Notes: generated by a model from the sequence alone, not told the origin. Numbered from the stretch's first letter, positions 1 through 13,334 are shown. The stretch: DNA of 64,000 nucleotides from Octopus sinensis (GCF_006345805.1 NC_043003.1:26846001-26910000); one strand, 5' to 3'. A program made the numbers and translations.

Positions 1-537
1 ATATGTACGTGTACATTGTTTGCACGCGCGCGTCTATGTGTGTATGTGTGTGTATGTGTGTGCGCGTGTGTGTGTGTGTGTATGGTTTTTATGATCGCCA
101 TGACTAACACTCCTGATGATAGCAGCGACAAAACTCTCCGGATCATCTTAATCAAAGCAACCCCATTAAATACTCACTTTATCCAGCTGAGACCAAAACA
201 GAAATTGGAAATGCCGGCTTTTCAAGCCAACTTCGTTATTGTTTGAATATCTGTACGTCTGCATGTCTGTCTGTTTGTTTCAATGTTGTTATTGTTATTG
301 CTGTCGTTGTTGTATTTGATTGGTGAATTATTGCATTGTTACAATTGCATGAGGTGTTTGTGTTTGTATGCGTCTATGTTTGTATGTTTTTTTTAAATTT
401 ATTCTGCTGTTTAATTATTTTGTTTGTTTAGATTTATTTTAATTTCATTTTGTTACATTCAATTTCGGTTTCATTTGATTGTTTTTATTATCATTATTAT
501 TATTATTATTATTATCATTATTATTATTATTATTATT

Positions 538-2507
538 CTATGTTTGACTTTTGCTTTATATTTGTATAAGTTGGCTCCAAGTCTCACCCAGAGACCTCAA
601 GAGACAACAGGGTTGGAAGTTCATGTTGTTGTTATGCCTAGTGTGCCATATATTTGGGGGGTGGGGATGTTGTACTAATGAATGTCTAAAAAAAAAAAGT
701 TTTTTTTTTTTTTTTTTTTTTTAAACCGAAAATTATGGTTGTTTTAAACCTTGAGGTTACATAGAGAGTATTTTGCGTAGGATATGAGCAGTTCCCATGA
801 GCACTATCTTTTGAACTTCTGCCATTTTTGGGTTTCCTGGTATCTGAGTTAGGTAGCTATCAGCCCCTTTTGCTATCATTCCCAGGGCACCTATGACAAC
901 AGGTATTGTTTTAGTCTTCAGCTTCCACATTTTGCTGATTTCTATTTCAAGATCTTTATATTTGCTCAGTTTTTGGTAGGTCCTGACAGATACGTTTATA
1001 TCGATTGGGACAGTCATATCAATGAGGAGGCATGTTCTTTGTTTGAAGTCTTTCAATATGATGTCTGGCCTATTTGCATCTATCTTCCTGTCAGTTTGAA
1101 TGGTGAAGTTCCAGAGGAGTGAGATGTGGTCATTTTCAAGCACTGGGGGTGGTTTGTGTTCCCACCAGTTTTTTTCATGGGGCAAATCCAGGTTTTTACA
1201 GATTACCCAGTGAATATATTGTGCAGCTCTATCGTGCCTGTTGAGATACTCTGTAGGCGCTAGAAGACTGCACTTGGAGACCACATGGTCAATGTTTCAT
1301 TTTGTTGCTTGCATACACGACACGTTGGACTGCTTCTGATCTTTAATATGTTGGCCTGGTAGTTTCTTGTTGGTAGGCATTGATCTTGAGCTGCTATGAT
1401 AAACCCCTCTGTTTCAGATTTTAAGCCAGAGGCCATTAGCCATTGATGGTCAGGGCTTTGTCGATATCTGCATTATTCGCTCTCTTTGGGTATTTGCCGT
1501 AGAGAGGTTTTTCTTGCCATTTATTATTCAGAATATCTAAGGCCGCAGTTTTGGCACGGGTTTTCATGCGCCTAGCTTTTTCTGTGCTTGTTTCTTGTAT
1601 GTCTATCTCTAATTCCGAAATTGGTTGTATTCGGAATTCACTTAGATATTCCTTTGCCTGTTTTGTGACTGAGTATGATGCTTCTTGTTTTCATGTTTTG
1701 AGACAAGTTTTAACATCCAGTCCTCAGAGTTTTTCAGGTAGGTGTCTAGGCCAATTGTAGCAATCTTCATTGTTATTGCCAGTTGCAAAAGACCACGGCC
1801 TCCCTCTTTTCTTGGCAGATAGAGTCGTTCTGTATCTGCTTAGGGTGGTGCATTCTATGCATTGTCAACAGTTTCCTTATTTTTCTGTCGAGCTGACATA
1901 TTTCAGTAATTGACCAGTTAACAATATTGAAACTGTAAGTCACGACTGGTATAGCTAATGCATTGATTGCTTCGATCCTGTTTCTTGGCATTCAGCTCTG
2001 TCTTGAGTATTGCTCTCACTCTTCGATAGCATTCTCTCCTGATCCTTTCCTTCATCTCTGAATGCCTTATTCCGTTCCCTCAATTACCCCTAGGTACTTG
2101 TAGCTCTCCGCTGGTCTAGTTCTTTTATGACATTCTGTTGGTCAAGGTTCGTTAGATGTTTCTGTCATTTTTCCTTTGATAAAGGTAGCCTTTGCACATT
2201 TATCGAGGCCGAATTGCTTCTGATGTCGTCACTGAATTGTTTGACTATCGCTAGTAAGCCCTTGAGTTGTTGATCATTTTTTGCAAAAAGCTTAAATCAT
2301 CCATGTAAACGAGATGATTTATATTTTATCAAACATTTTATACCCGTATCGCGCGTCATTGAGCAGCTTTGAGAGAGGTATTAAGGATAAACAAAAGAGG
2401 AGTGGTGACAGTGAGTCACCCTGGAAAATGCCACACAAATTTTTACATCACCAGCATTTAGGGATTCACTGTCACTGTTCAGAGTAGTGTGGTTCTCCAT
2501 GATCTCA

Positions 2508-2509
<2 letters not shown>
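538..2509 (-). mobile_element. R4/Dong-like non-LTR retrotransposon (RT + CCHC + restriction-like endonuclease), 5'-truncated, copy 1
   Basis: Frameshifted ORF pieces include RHDRAAQYIHW, RPDIILKD..LLIDMTVP, KLSKYKDL, IPVVIGALG, a CRVC..HVVSKC knuckle and RT YMDD/YKYLG motifs. (TTA)n lies on both sides. Confidence 0.93.
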
Positions 2510-2556
<47 letters not shown>

Positions 2557-2611
2557 TTTTATTATTATTATTATCTTATTATTATTATTATTTTATTTTT
2601 TATTTTTATAA

Positions 2612-2827
2612 GGCGGTAGCTGGCAGAAACGTTAGCACTCCGGGCGAAATGCCTAGCGGTATTTCGTCTGCCGTTACGTTCTGAGTTCAAATTCCGCCAT
2701 GTCGACTTTGCTTTTCATCCTTTCCGGGTCGATTAAATAAGTACCCACTGGGGTCGACTTAATCCGTTTGTCTATCTTTATTTGTCACCTCTATGTTTAG
2801 TCCCCTGTAGGCAATAAAGCAATAACA

Positions 2828-2885
<58 letters not shown>

Positions 2886-3085
2886 GGCGGTGGCAGAAAC
2901 GTTAGCACTCCAGGCGAAATGCCTAGCGGTATTTCGTCTGCCGTTACGTTCTGAGTTCAAATTCCGCTGATGTCGACTTTGCCTTTCATCCTTTCAGGGT
3001 CAATTAAATAAGTACCCACTGGGGTCGACTTAATCCCCTTGTATCTCCTTGTCTTTATTGCCCCTGTGGGCAATAAAGCAATAAA
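2612..3085 (+). mobile_element. Two tRNA-head SINE family A copies (Meta-domain-like core)
   Basis: GGCGG..CTGGCAGAAACGTTAGCAC head, GAGTTCAAATTCC B-box, GACTTTGCCTTTCATCCTTTCGGGGTCGAT core and CCCCTGTGGGCAATAAAG tail. More than 15 copies occur in the window. Confidence 0.85.
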
Positions 3086-3142
<57 letters not shown>

Positions 3143-3244
3143 TAAACCGGTGAGCTGGCAGAAACGTTAGCACTCCGGGCAAAATGCTTAGCGGCATTTC
3201 GCCCGTCGCTACATAATGAGTTCAAATTCTGCTGAAGATGGCTT

Positions 3245-3395
3245 TAAGTAGCTTGCTTACCAACCACATGGTTCCGGGTTCAGTCTCACTGCATGGCACC
3301 TTGGGCAAGTGTCTTCTACTATAGCCTCAGGCCGACCAAAACCTTGTGAGTGGATTTGGTAGACGGAAACTGAAAAGAAGCCCGTCGTATATACG

Positions 3396-3475
<80 letters not shown>

Positions 3476-3695
3476 TGTGTGTGTATGTGTGTGTCTGTGT
3501 TTGTCCCCCCAACATCGCTTGACAACCGATGCTGGTGTGTTTACGTCCCCGTAACTTAGCGGTTCGGCAAAAGAGGCCGATAGAATAAGTACTAGGCTTA
3601 CAAAGAATAAGTCCTGGGGTCGATTTGCTCGACCAAATGCGGTACTCCAGCATGGCCAGATTCAAATGACTGAAACAAGTAAAAATGTAAAAGAG
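3245..3695 (+). mobile_element. SINE family B (CORE-like, internal TA/TG microsatellite)
   Basis: GGTTCCGGGTTCAGTC B-box, ACCTTGGGCAAGTGTCTT CORE-like block, internal microsatellite and CCAGCATGGCC..ACTGAAACAAGTAAAA tail. More than 10 copies occur. Confidence 0.85.
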
Positions 3696-4235
3696 ATATT
3701 TTTAGTATGACAACAAAAGACTGAATGAGACCTCGATATTATGTAAATCGAGAAATTTATCTCTAAAATAATATGTGGCAATTATTCGGTTGCGATAATA
3801 AAACTCCGAGTTTTGGATGTCGTGGCAGAAATCTGATCCGGCACCTCGTCAGTTATTCACACAAAGCAAACATGATATATATATATACTCGTCCTGTCGA
3901 AAGACGCCTGTCTGTAACGTCCTGCTTTTGTTATTATTATCATCATTATTGTTTTTACGTATTTTCGTATTCTTATTCGTGTAACATCGTCCGTTTTGTA
4001 TACATTCGAGACTTTCTTCCAAGGAATCTAATGCACTTGGCTTAGATTTTCTTTTGGGGCTGGCCAGATCAGAGCAATCTCAAGATTAATCAGCCGAAAT
4101 TGCGAGGATGATCCGGTTCTTGACTGAAGATTGAAGGCTTCGAAAGTCCCGTCCGTTTTTTTTTGTATCGTCTTCTAATGTTTTGCGTTCTTGTCCCAGT
4201 TTGTATTTTTTCACACAACACCACACACATACACA

Positions 4236-4307
<72 letters not shown>

Positions 4308-4463
4308 TTATTTATAACTATAATTAAGGGTTTGCCACATACCGAAACTTTAGGAATAGCAGCCAAAGGACCGTTATTTTCTTTTCACTAAAATATGACT
4401 CCACACAAAAATATTTGTAACTCACATAGATAAAAAGAAGAAAAGATAATGAAATCAGTCTTC

Positions 4464-4526
<63 letters not shown>

Positions 4527-4618
4527 CACATATATGCATATATATATATATAATATATATATATATAGATATACATATATATGCATATATATATATATAT
4601 ATATATATACTCATATAT

Positions 4619-4669
<51 letters not shown>

Positions 4670-4998
4670 GACCCCCTTCGGTCATGAATGACCATGGGAT
4701 TGCACCTAGAAAGTTACCCTCCTAGACACAAGTCTGGGCAAGTTTGTTTATAGAAGACCAGCAGTCGCCCATGCATACCAGCCTCCCCTCTCCACCAGTG
4801 TTATCCAAGGGAAAGACAAAGGTCGATACAGCTTGGCACCTGTGGCGTCGCAACTCATTTCTAAAGCTGAGTGAACTGGAGCAACGTGAAATAAAGTGCC
4901 TTGCTCAAGAACACAACACGCAGCCCTGTCCGGGATTCGAGCTCACAACCTCACGATCGTAAGCTCGATGCTCTAACCACTGAGCCATGCGCCTTCAC
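4670..4998 (-). mobile_element. SINE family C
   Basis: Reverse strand reads GGCGCATGGCTCAGTGGTTAGAGC (A-box)...GAGCTCGAATCCC (B-box)...GTGTTCTTGAGCAAG. Related copies at about 8760, 9188, 32386, 35620, 43215, 48140 and 50848. Confidence 0.82.
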
Positions 4999-5018
4999 TA
5001 TATATATATATATATTAT

Positions 5019-5132
<114 letters not shown>

Positions 5133-5220
5133 ATATATAATAAATATTAGGGAATAAATCCAAATTTACAGGGAAAAAATCAGATTTAGGATTAAATCCA
5201 ATTTTATAGTAAAATATTAT

Positions 5221-5382
5221 ATAATATTATTAGAGACAAAACCACTATTTTGCAAAACAAACAAGGAAAGACTTAATCAATACATAAAATTTAATAAAAA
5301 GTCAATTTTTATTAAATTTTTATGTATTGATTAAGTCTTTCCTTGTTTGTTTTGCAAAATAGTGGTTTTGTCTCTAATAATA

Positions 5383-5386
<4 letters not shown>
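5221..5386. repeat. Near-perfect 80-bp-arm palindrome inside a (TA)n-embedded element
   Basis: 5221-5300 is the reverse complement of 5306-5386 (one extra T), with a GTCAA spacer. Confidence 0.95.
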
Positions 5387-5479
<93 letters not shown>

Positions 5480-5482
5480 ACA

Positions 5483-5538
<56 letters not shown>

Positions 5539-5554
5539 TTCTTTTCTTTTCTTT

Positions 5555-5940
5555 ATTTTACTTGTTTCAGTCATTGACTGCGGCCATGCTGGAGCACCGC
5601 CTTTAGTCGAGCAAATCGACCCCGGGACTTATTCTTTTTAAGCCCAGTACTTATTCTATCGGTCTCTTTTGCCTAACCGCTAAGTGACGGGGACGTAAAC
5701 ACACCAGCATCGGTTGTCAAGCAATGCTAGGGGGACAAACACACAAACACACCACATATATATATATATATACATATTACGACAGGCTTCTTTCAGTTTC
5801 CGTCTACCAAATTCACTCACAAGGCATTGGTCGGCCCGGGGCTATAGCAGAAGACACTTGCCCAAGATGCCACGCAGTGGGACGAACCCGGAACCATGTG
5901 GTTGGTAAGCAGCCTCTACCACACAGCCACTCCTGCGCCT
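5555..5940 (-). mobile_element. SINE family B, full length
   Basis: Reverse complement of the family B consensus, from the GGCGCAGGAGTGGCTGTGTGGTA head to the ACTGAAACAAGTAAAA tail. Confidence 0.85.
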
Positions 5941-6885
5941 ATATATATACTTTATTAAAAAGCAGCAAACATCACAAAAAAAACTGTTACTCAGAGTTTC
6001 ACGTTCTTGTTTAGAATGCAACAAAATTAAAGTTATAAGCAAACATATACAATTAGTTTAATAGACACACATTTGAAAATGGTTTTGTTTCATTGGTCCT
6101 TTCAGCTAACGGTCTCTACAATGTCCGGTTGCATGCTTTGAACAAATTTTGGTATAAAATCGACTTATTATAAAATCGAAGAAAACCTTAAAGAAGAACA
6201 AAGCCTGAATACCCAGAGTAAATAATTATCTGTAAAACATTGATCAATTGATATATTAAAAGTTATATCCATTTAAAAAATGTTCACGTTGGATTACATA
6301 CACATTTAGCAGTATATGCACATACGAAACCATCTGTAATATACATATATATATACTAAACATACAGATGCATGTGCATAACTACATACATATACAGACA
6401 TAAATATATAGGCAAGACAAATATATATACAAATGCATATGTATTTATGTACGCACACATACGCACGCGCACAAAATCTCATGGCGTATGCTTATACAAG
6501 ATAGTTGTTACGGGTGAAAGAAAGAGAAGGAAAAAATCAGGAAATATTAAGTGTGGGGGTATGTGAGGAAAGATAACAGGGGAAAAGAAGAAAAAAAAAT
6601 AAAAGAAATAGTAACAGAAAATTAGAGTGAGAAAGAGAAAAATTGATAGGGGAAGAGAATGTTGCATCATGGCATTCGAAAGTATCTAAGGGCGATTAGA
6701 TAGCTTGCGCAACGAATACATGAAAACGCACACATAAAATTACATATATATCTACATAAGTACAAACATACATATAAATATGCACACATATAGATACGCA
6801 TACAAATATACAAAAATATATACGCAAATACATGCCCACATAAATAAAAGTATACACACATATACATACACATTTATATATGTAT

Positions 6886-6924
<39 letters not shown>

Positions 6925-7299
6925 CGCACATACATATACATATATATACATACCTTCAATACATACATACACATAAAAATATAGACATCATAACGTATAT
7001 ATGCAAACAATTTAAAAACTGTCCGGTGTATATAATATTAAAATGTAAAAATAAAGAAATTGTACATTAATGTGATATAACATAATAAAATACGTGAGTA
7101 AACAATATAAAATAAACCTCGGCGAAGTTTAAGCTTAAATTTGTAAAACAGTCGAAGGCTTTCTTAAAAATGAAGTCGAAATATACACTAGCATTGCAAT
7201 GCAAAATAACTATACCGTGTAAAGTCAAATTCAAATGCGACGGTCAAAAGCTATATATATTTCGAAAGTCAAAATATTTTACTCATACGGTATTTTGTC

Positions 7300-8360
7300 A
7301 GTTGACATTTAAACTTTGCGGCGTGCCTGCAGGAATTTAATAGCTCGCGTCTCTGGTTCAAAGCATTTTTCCTGGAACAGGATGAAGAACTTTTCTGAGA
7401 GGCAAAGATTACATTTCAGAGGTCTTTTATAAGCTCCATGTCTGTATGCTGATGCTTTTTCTAGAATTTTCCAGGTTACATTGAAAGGACAGGTGTCATT
7501 CTCTTTCAATTCCCAGACACGCTTCCCAAGACTAGTCGCTGTACTGTTCTTGGAGTATCGGAAAGAAATTCGATGGGAGTAGAATCGAGTCTTGAATGAA
7601 TTTTCCGAAGCCCCTGTGTATGTTTTGTATTTTTGTGAACCATCTACTTGCACTTTGGCTCTATAAACAATACCTTTTTCAAGACATTTTCCTTCCAACG
7701 GACAGCAAGTCTCATCTTTGAAGTTGCAGTTCCTCAGATTAGATTCGGCACTGTAGTTGTCTGTACTAAACTTTGTGTTATGCTGGCTCAAAAAATAGGC
7801 GAAGCTTTTTTGCAACAAGAGTAGCTAACCTTCACTGTTCTCCTATTAAATATTCTATAGAACTTATGGCTAGACTGAAAATACTTAGAAACTAATTTTA
7901 AAAATTCCCTACATATATCAGTTTCTATGGTCATATTAAATGCGGGGTTAAACCGCAAAACTTTCCTAATTCTAGTTCTAAGGGGCCTATTATTGCTAGA
8001 ATTAACTTGACTATACTAGATCTCCGAGAATCCACCTTTCCTTAATACATTATTGTAATGCGGCGCAGCATTTTGAAATGCTGTCTCATCCGAAGAAATT
8101 GATGATATTCACCTTCCTACATTACTAACTAGGTTCTTAAGAATTACGAGTGGATAATTTAATTCTTTGTCAATATAACATAGCTTTTCATTGGGCTTAC
8201 GGTAGAGTTTAAATTTATCTAATTGTAAATCTTAATTGATATCCAAAAAAATCTACGTTTTTAAAGTTTCTTTCTCTCGTAATCCGTAAGCCCATTCTTT
8301 GGAAGAAAGTAATCGGATTCTTCTTAGTTTATATAACTCATGGCCGTTTAAATTATGGGT
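7300..8360 (-). mobile_element. Penelope-like element fragment (RT thumb + GIY-YIG endonuclease), probably Naiad-like, pseudogenised
   Basis: ORF 7309-7818 has CNF..CCPLEGKCLEKGIVYRA..TYTG..FKTRFYSH..WKIL..CNLCLSEK and, in a shifted frame, LNQRRELLNSCRH. Upstream frames give YRKPNE..YI..SISSDE and RFNPAFN, with stops and frameshifts. Confidence 0.88.
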
Positions 8361-8394
8361 GACTATAAGACCATCACCCTCTCTATTCCAGGAG

Positions 8395-8680
8395 CCCATA
8401 CATGTTCAGATAAGACGAAGGAAATGGAGACGGATCGGACACACACTGCGGAAAGAATCCTCAAATGCGACATGACAAGCACTTGACTGGAAAAGTCTCC
8501 GTAGGGGAAAAGGAAGTGAGGACGCCCGAAGCAGACATGGAAGCGGAGCATTTGGACGAGCTCAGGACCACTGGCCTGACATGGGAAGCAACCAAGAAAC
8601 ACGCCAATGACCTCAAAAAGTGGAAACAAACTGTTGAGGCCCTATGCTCCACAATGAGCAAAAAGGACATCCCTGTATAA
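8395..8680 (+). mobile_element. RTE-clade LINE 3' fragment
   Basis: IRRRKWRRIGHTLRK..GKRK*GRPKQTW. Same family as 28330-28810. Confidence 0.82.
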
Positions 8681-9323
8681 TCCTGCATCTAGGATTATAG
8701 ATGTAGTTCTTAGGGAGATATAACGTGACACAAAATGTAAAGAGGCTGGCATTTTGAAATGCAGTTACTACTCGTTTTCTGCTGAGTGTACTGGAGCGTC
8801 GTGAGATAAAATGTCTTGCTCAAGAACACAACGCACCGTCGGGAATCGAACTCACGACCTTACAATCGTGAGCGGAGTACTCTAAACACTAAGGCACACG
8901 CCTTAACACATGCATGCATGCATGCCTACCTACCTACCTACCTACCTATATACATACATACATATATGCATGCATGCATACGTACATGTATACCTATACA
9001 CATGAATGCATACATACATACATTCTTACATACATAAATACATATATACATGGTAGTTGTCAATGGATAGACGAGTATGACAATCACTGACACATTATCT
9101 TTTCGTAGATGTTAAAGACAAAAGGCGGCGAGCTGGCAGAAACGTTAGCACGCCGGGCGAAATGCTTAGCGGTATTTCAAATTCCGTAGGCGCATGGCTC
9201 AGTGGTTAGAGCGCCGAGCTTACAATCGTGAGGTTGTGAGCTCAAATCGCGGACCGGGCTGCATGTTGTGTTCTTGAGCAAGACACTTTATTTCACGTTG
9301 CTTCAAAACAAAAAAAAAAAAAA

Positions 9324-9680
9324 GGCGAGCTGGCAGAAACGTTAGCACGCCGGGCGAAATGCGTAGCCGTATTTCGTCTGTCGTTGTGTTCTGAGTTCAA
9401 ATTCCGCCGAGGTCGACTTTGCCTTTCATCCTTTCGGGGTCGATAAATTAAGTACCAGTTACGCACTGGGGTCGATATAATCGACTTAATCCGTCTGTCT
9501 GTCCTTGTTTGTCCTCTGTGTGTTTAGCCCCTTGTGGGTAGTAAAGAAATAGGTATTTCGTCTGCCGTTACGTTGTGAGTTCAAATTCCGCCGAGGTCGA
9601 CTTTGCCTTTCATCATTTCGGGGTCGATAAATTAAGTACCAGTTACGCACTGGGGTCGATATAATCGTCTTAATACCTTT
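9324..9680 (+). mobile_element. SINE family A head-to-tail dimer
   Basis: A full unit followed by a second unit that restarts at GGTATTTCGTCTGCCG (9552). Confidence 0.85.
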
Positions 9681-9699
9681 CTATGTCCTAGTTTATGCA

Positions 9700-10157
9700 C
9701 TTCTAAAAAACCTAAACATTGTGTATAATACGCACCCCTTCTCTAACTTAAGTTGTGCGTAATTAAGCCAGCAGCACCTAGTCGAACAAACACTTCCGCG
9801 CATCCGTAATACAATAATGGTGATGTTCTTAACTGTTATATGGGAATGTAAATATGTTTGCAAATTGCTTCTGTTATATGTTATTCTGTGTTCTGAATAC
9901 TTTTATTTTAATAAATGTTGCTTACTGCAAGTTATGCATGATTCTTTTATGACTTTATTGCTTTCAGGCCAAGCTTAAGGTATTTTCGCTCCCGACATCA
10001 TAAAATGCGTCTGAATAAACATAGCCGGACAGCAAATAGGGACTTGAACATTGCTTAGAAAATATTTTTCATTTTTAACCTCGTATATAGTACGCACTAG
10101 GGATTTTGACCTTTAAATTTTGGGAAAATAGTGCGGGTTATACTCGAGGATTTACGG
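9700..10157. mobile_element. Non-autonomous pogo/Tc2-like DNA transposon remnant
   Basis: Right terminus GTGCGGGTTATACTCGAGGATTTACGG followed by TA. A subterminal inverted motif TAATACGCACCC lies at about 9727. The left terminus is not visible. Confidence 0.55.
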
Positions 10158-10862
10158 TACATACATTCATACTCCATACATGCATGCATACACACGCACA
10201 TACATACATACATACATACATACATACATACATACATACATACATACATACATACATACATTCATACAGTTATTGATGTATACCTATGCACCTATATATA
10301 TATATACATACATGCCACGTTTATAATTATGCATTTATAAATGTAAGGACCGATGTATACCATTACGAATGCACGCACAAATACATATACATGTGCGCGC
10401 ATGTGTATATTTAAATGAATGTGTATGTGTGTGTAATATATATATATATATGCATATAACTATACTAAAATGAATGTGTATATATATGCTCGTGTGTATA
10501 TATGTGTGTGTGCCTGTAAGTACGAATGTACATACTGTTAATATAAGTTATAATGACTAATGATAGTGTATATATATATGGTCGTGTGCTGGTATGTTTT
10601 TGCGTGTGCATTTGTGTGTGAGTGTGTATGTGTGTGTGTGTGTGTGTTAGTAGGAATGTACATAACTATTAATGCAAGTTGTAATGACTATGAAAACGCT
10701 CCAATACCACAATAATGCTAATTGCAATAATGCTAATTACAGGAATAGCAATTATTTATCTTATCAGAGATAAAAGACCTTTGAGTGGGATTTGGAAGAA
10801 AATGCCAGAATCCCGTTTTAATATATATATATATATATGTATATATATGTGTATGCGTCGTG

Positions 10863-10929
<67 letters not shown>

Positions 10930-11935
10930 CTATCTATCTATCTATCTATCTATCTATATAAATATATATATATAATATATATATATATAATATATTATAT
11001 ATATATATATATATTATATATATATATATATATGTATGTAAATGTATATCTATATCTATCTGTCTGTCTCTCTCTCTCTTCTCTCTCTCTCTCTCTCTCT
11101 CCTATATATATATATATATACATATATGTACATACTTACATATATATGTATATGTATATGCATATATGGGTACAGGACGTCAGAAAACGTAAACAACATG
11201 AAATACGAAGGCAAACCTGTGTATGCGAACAACGAGAGAAACAAATGGAAAACAAGACAGGTAACATAAAGAACGACCCTTCATCAGTTGTTGGCTGTTT
11301 ATCTACTCCACATTTCGGGCAATTCACGACAATATGAGTCTCCCGTGAACCAAAGTAAAATTTGGGATTTGCGGAGGGTCAAAGTTGGTAACAAAAACAG
11401 GAAAGTGGAAACATACAGCAAACCAAATGAAAACAATCATGGAGGGCCGTTAAGCTACACTATGTAAGGTAGCAAGCGCGGGAGTAATATACTTTGACAA
11501 GAGAAAAGATAGGAGAGGAGACAGATAAGAATACGTCTGGTCTGTGCGACAGACTGAAGGAAAAGAAAGATGGACGATGGTCACGTGTGAGCAACGAGAG
11601 AGAATAAAGGAGGAAGAGGGAGAGAGAGACAGAGAGCGAAACAAACAATCAGATAGAACAGAGGAGAAAGAAAAAAAAGAATTAGAGAAAGGATGAAGGA
11701 GAAATGCGAAAGGGAGAGAAGGGGAGAATAAAGAACTAGAAAAGGAAAAGAGAGAGAGAGAACTGTACAGGGTAGAGTCGCCTCAAAATTAAGATAAACT
11801 TACTTGGAAATGGATGCGTACGTTCAATCATATATTGATATAATTATATATATATATATACATATACATAATATACATACATATATGTACATACTTACAT
11901 ATATATTATATATATATATTATCTATATATATATA

Positions 11936-12104
<169 letters not shown>

Positions 12105-12396
12105 GCATATGTGGGTACAGGACGTCACAAAACATAAACAACATGAAATACGAAGGCAAACAACGAGAGAAACAAATGGAAAACAAGACAAGTAACATAA
12201 AGAAAGACCTTTCGTCATTTGTTGGCTGTTTATCTACTCCATATTTCGAGCAACTTATGACAATATGAGGCTTCGAAAAACAGTTGCTCCTGCGAACCAA
12301 AATAAAATTTGAGATTTACGGAAGGTCAAAGTTGGTAACAACCCCCCCCCCATCCATTTCCAAGTAAGTTTATTTTAATAATTTTGTTGCGATTCT

Positions 12397-12750
12397 ACTT
12401 CTTCACTACATTTTTCACTTCCTCGTAACTGGAATAATGTTTGCCTCTCAAACCCTCTTTCATGGGGCCGAAGAGATGATAGTCCAGTGACGATTGTAAG
12501 TCCAGTGACGAGGAAGTGAAAACTGTAGTGAAGAAGTAGCTCAAAGAACAGTCAACAGAATTTTACGGAGCAGGGATACATGCTCTCATTCGAAGGTGGA
12601 GATTTGCTTTCGAGAGAAACGGCGACTATGTTGAGAAGTAGGGATGTGATCCACTGATCCACAGCTTCATTTTGATGTATGATACATGTTCCTGTGTTGG
12701 TAATTATTCCTGTGCTAAACAAAAGGGCATTACTTTTTAACTCACCCTCG
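12397..12750 (+). mobile_element. mariner transposon 3' remnant with fold-back inversion
   Basis: DEEVKTVVKK*LKEQSTEFYGAGIHALIRRW..NGDYVEK* on +, DYHLFGPMKEGLRGKHY on - immediately upstream, and the TIR TTACTTTTTAACTCACCCTCG followed by TA. Confidence 0.85.
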
Positions 12751-12807
12751 TATATATATATATATATTATATAATATATATATATAATATATCGTGTTTT
12801 ATCTTAC

Positions 12808-12886
12808 CTGAGGCCCTTAAACTTCTTGGTGGAATTGTAGTGGCGCCATTGTGACATACGATGATGAGCCTAAGGCATTTTGAAAC
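12808..12886 (-). CDS. Candidate internal exon of an unidentified gene
   Basis: Non-repetitive island with a strong donor CAG|GTAAGA at 12808/12807. Possible acceptors at 12870-71 (62 nt, AHHRMSQWRHYNSTKKFKGL) or 12887-88 (79 nt). Confidence 0.3.
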
Positions 12887-13334
12887 CTAGAAGAGCCCAC
12901 CCTTGTCTAGAACTGTCTACAAGTGATTTTTTTCCAGAAAGAAAGACAGACAGACAGACAGAAAGTGAAACTAACAGATAAGTATATGACTCAGTATATG
13001 ACTGGTACGTTGTTTTATCGACCTGAAGAGGGGGAAAAGCAATATTAACTTCGACAGGAATTGAACTCAGGACGTAAAGAGCCGGAATGATTGCTGCAAA
13101 GCACTCTCTCCGACGTTCCAACGAATCAGCCAATGGCTACCTGTGTATGCGTTTATGTGTATATGTGTATATGAGCATATGTGCGTGTGTATATGCTTGC
13201 ATGTTTGTATGCATGAATAAGTACATGTATGCGAGCATGAACGAGCGTATACACACACACACAAACTCACATACATACATAAATATACATGCAGACGCAC
13301 ACTTATATATGTATATGTATGTGTGTATGTGTTG

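Noticed and set aside
3890-4160. Hammerhead-like strings (CTGTCGA..GTAACGTC; CTGAAGA..GAAAGTC)
   Set aside because: The core is mutated or the stems are sterically implausible. At most these are decayed remnants.
9188-9260. tRNA gene-like sequence (also 4925-4998, 15505, 24431)
   Set aside because: It has A/B boxes but no acceptor stem and runs into a multi-copy SINE body, so it is a SINE head.
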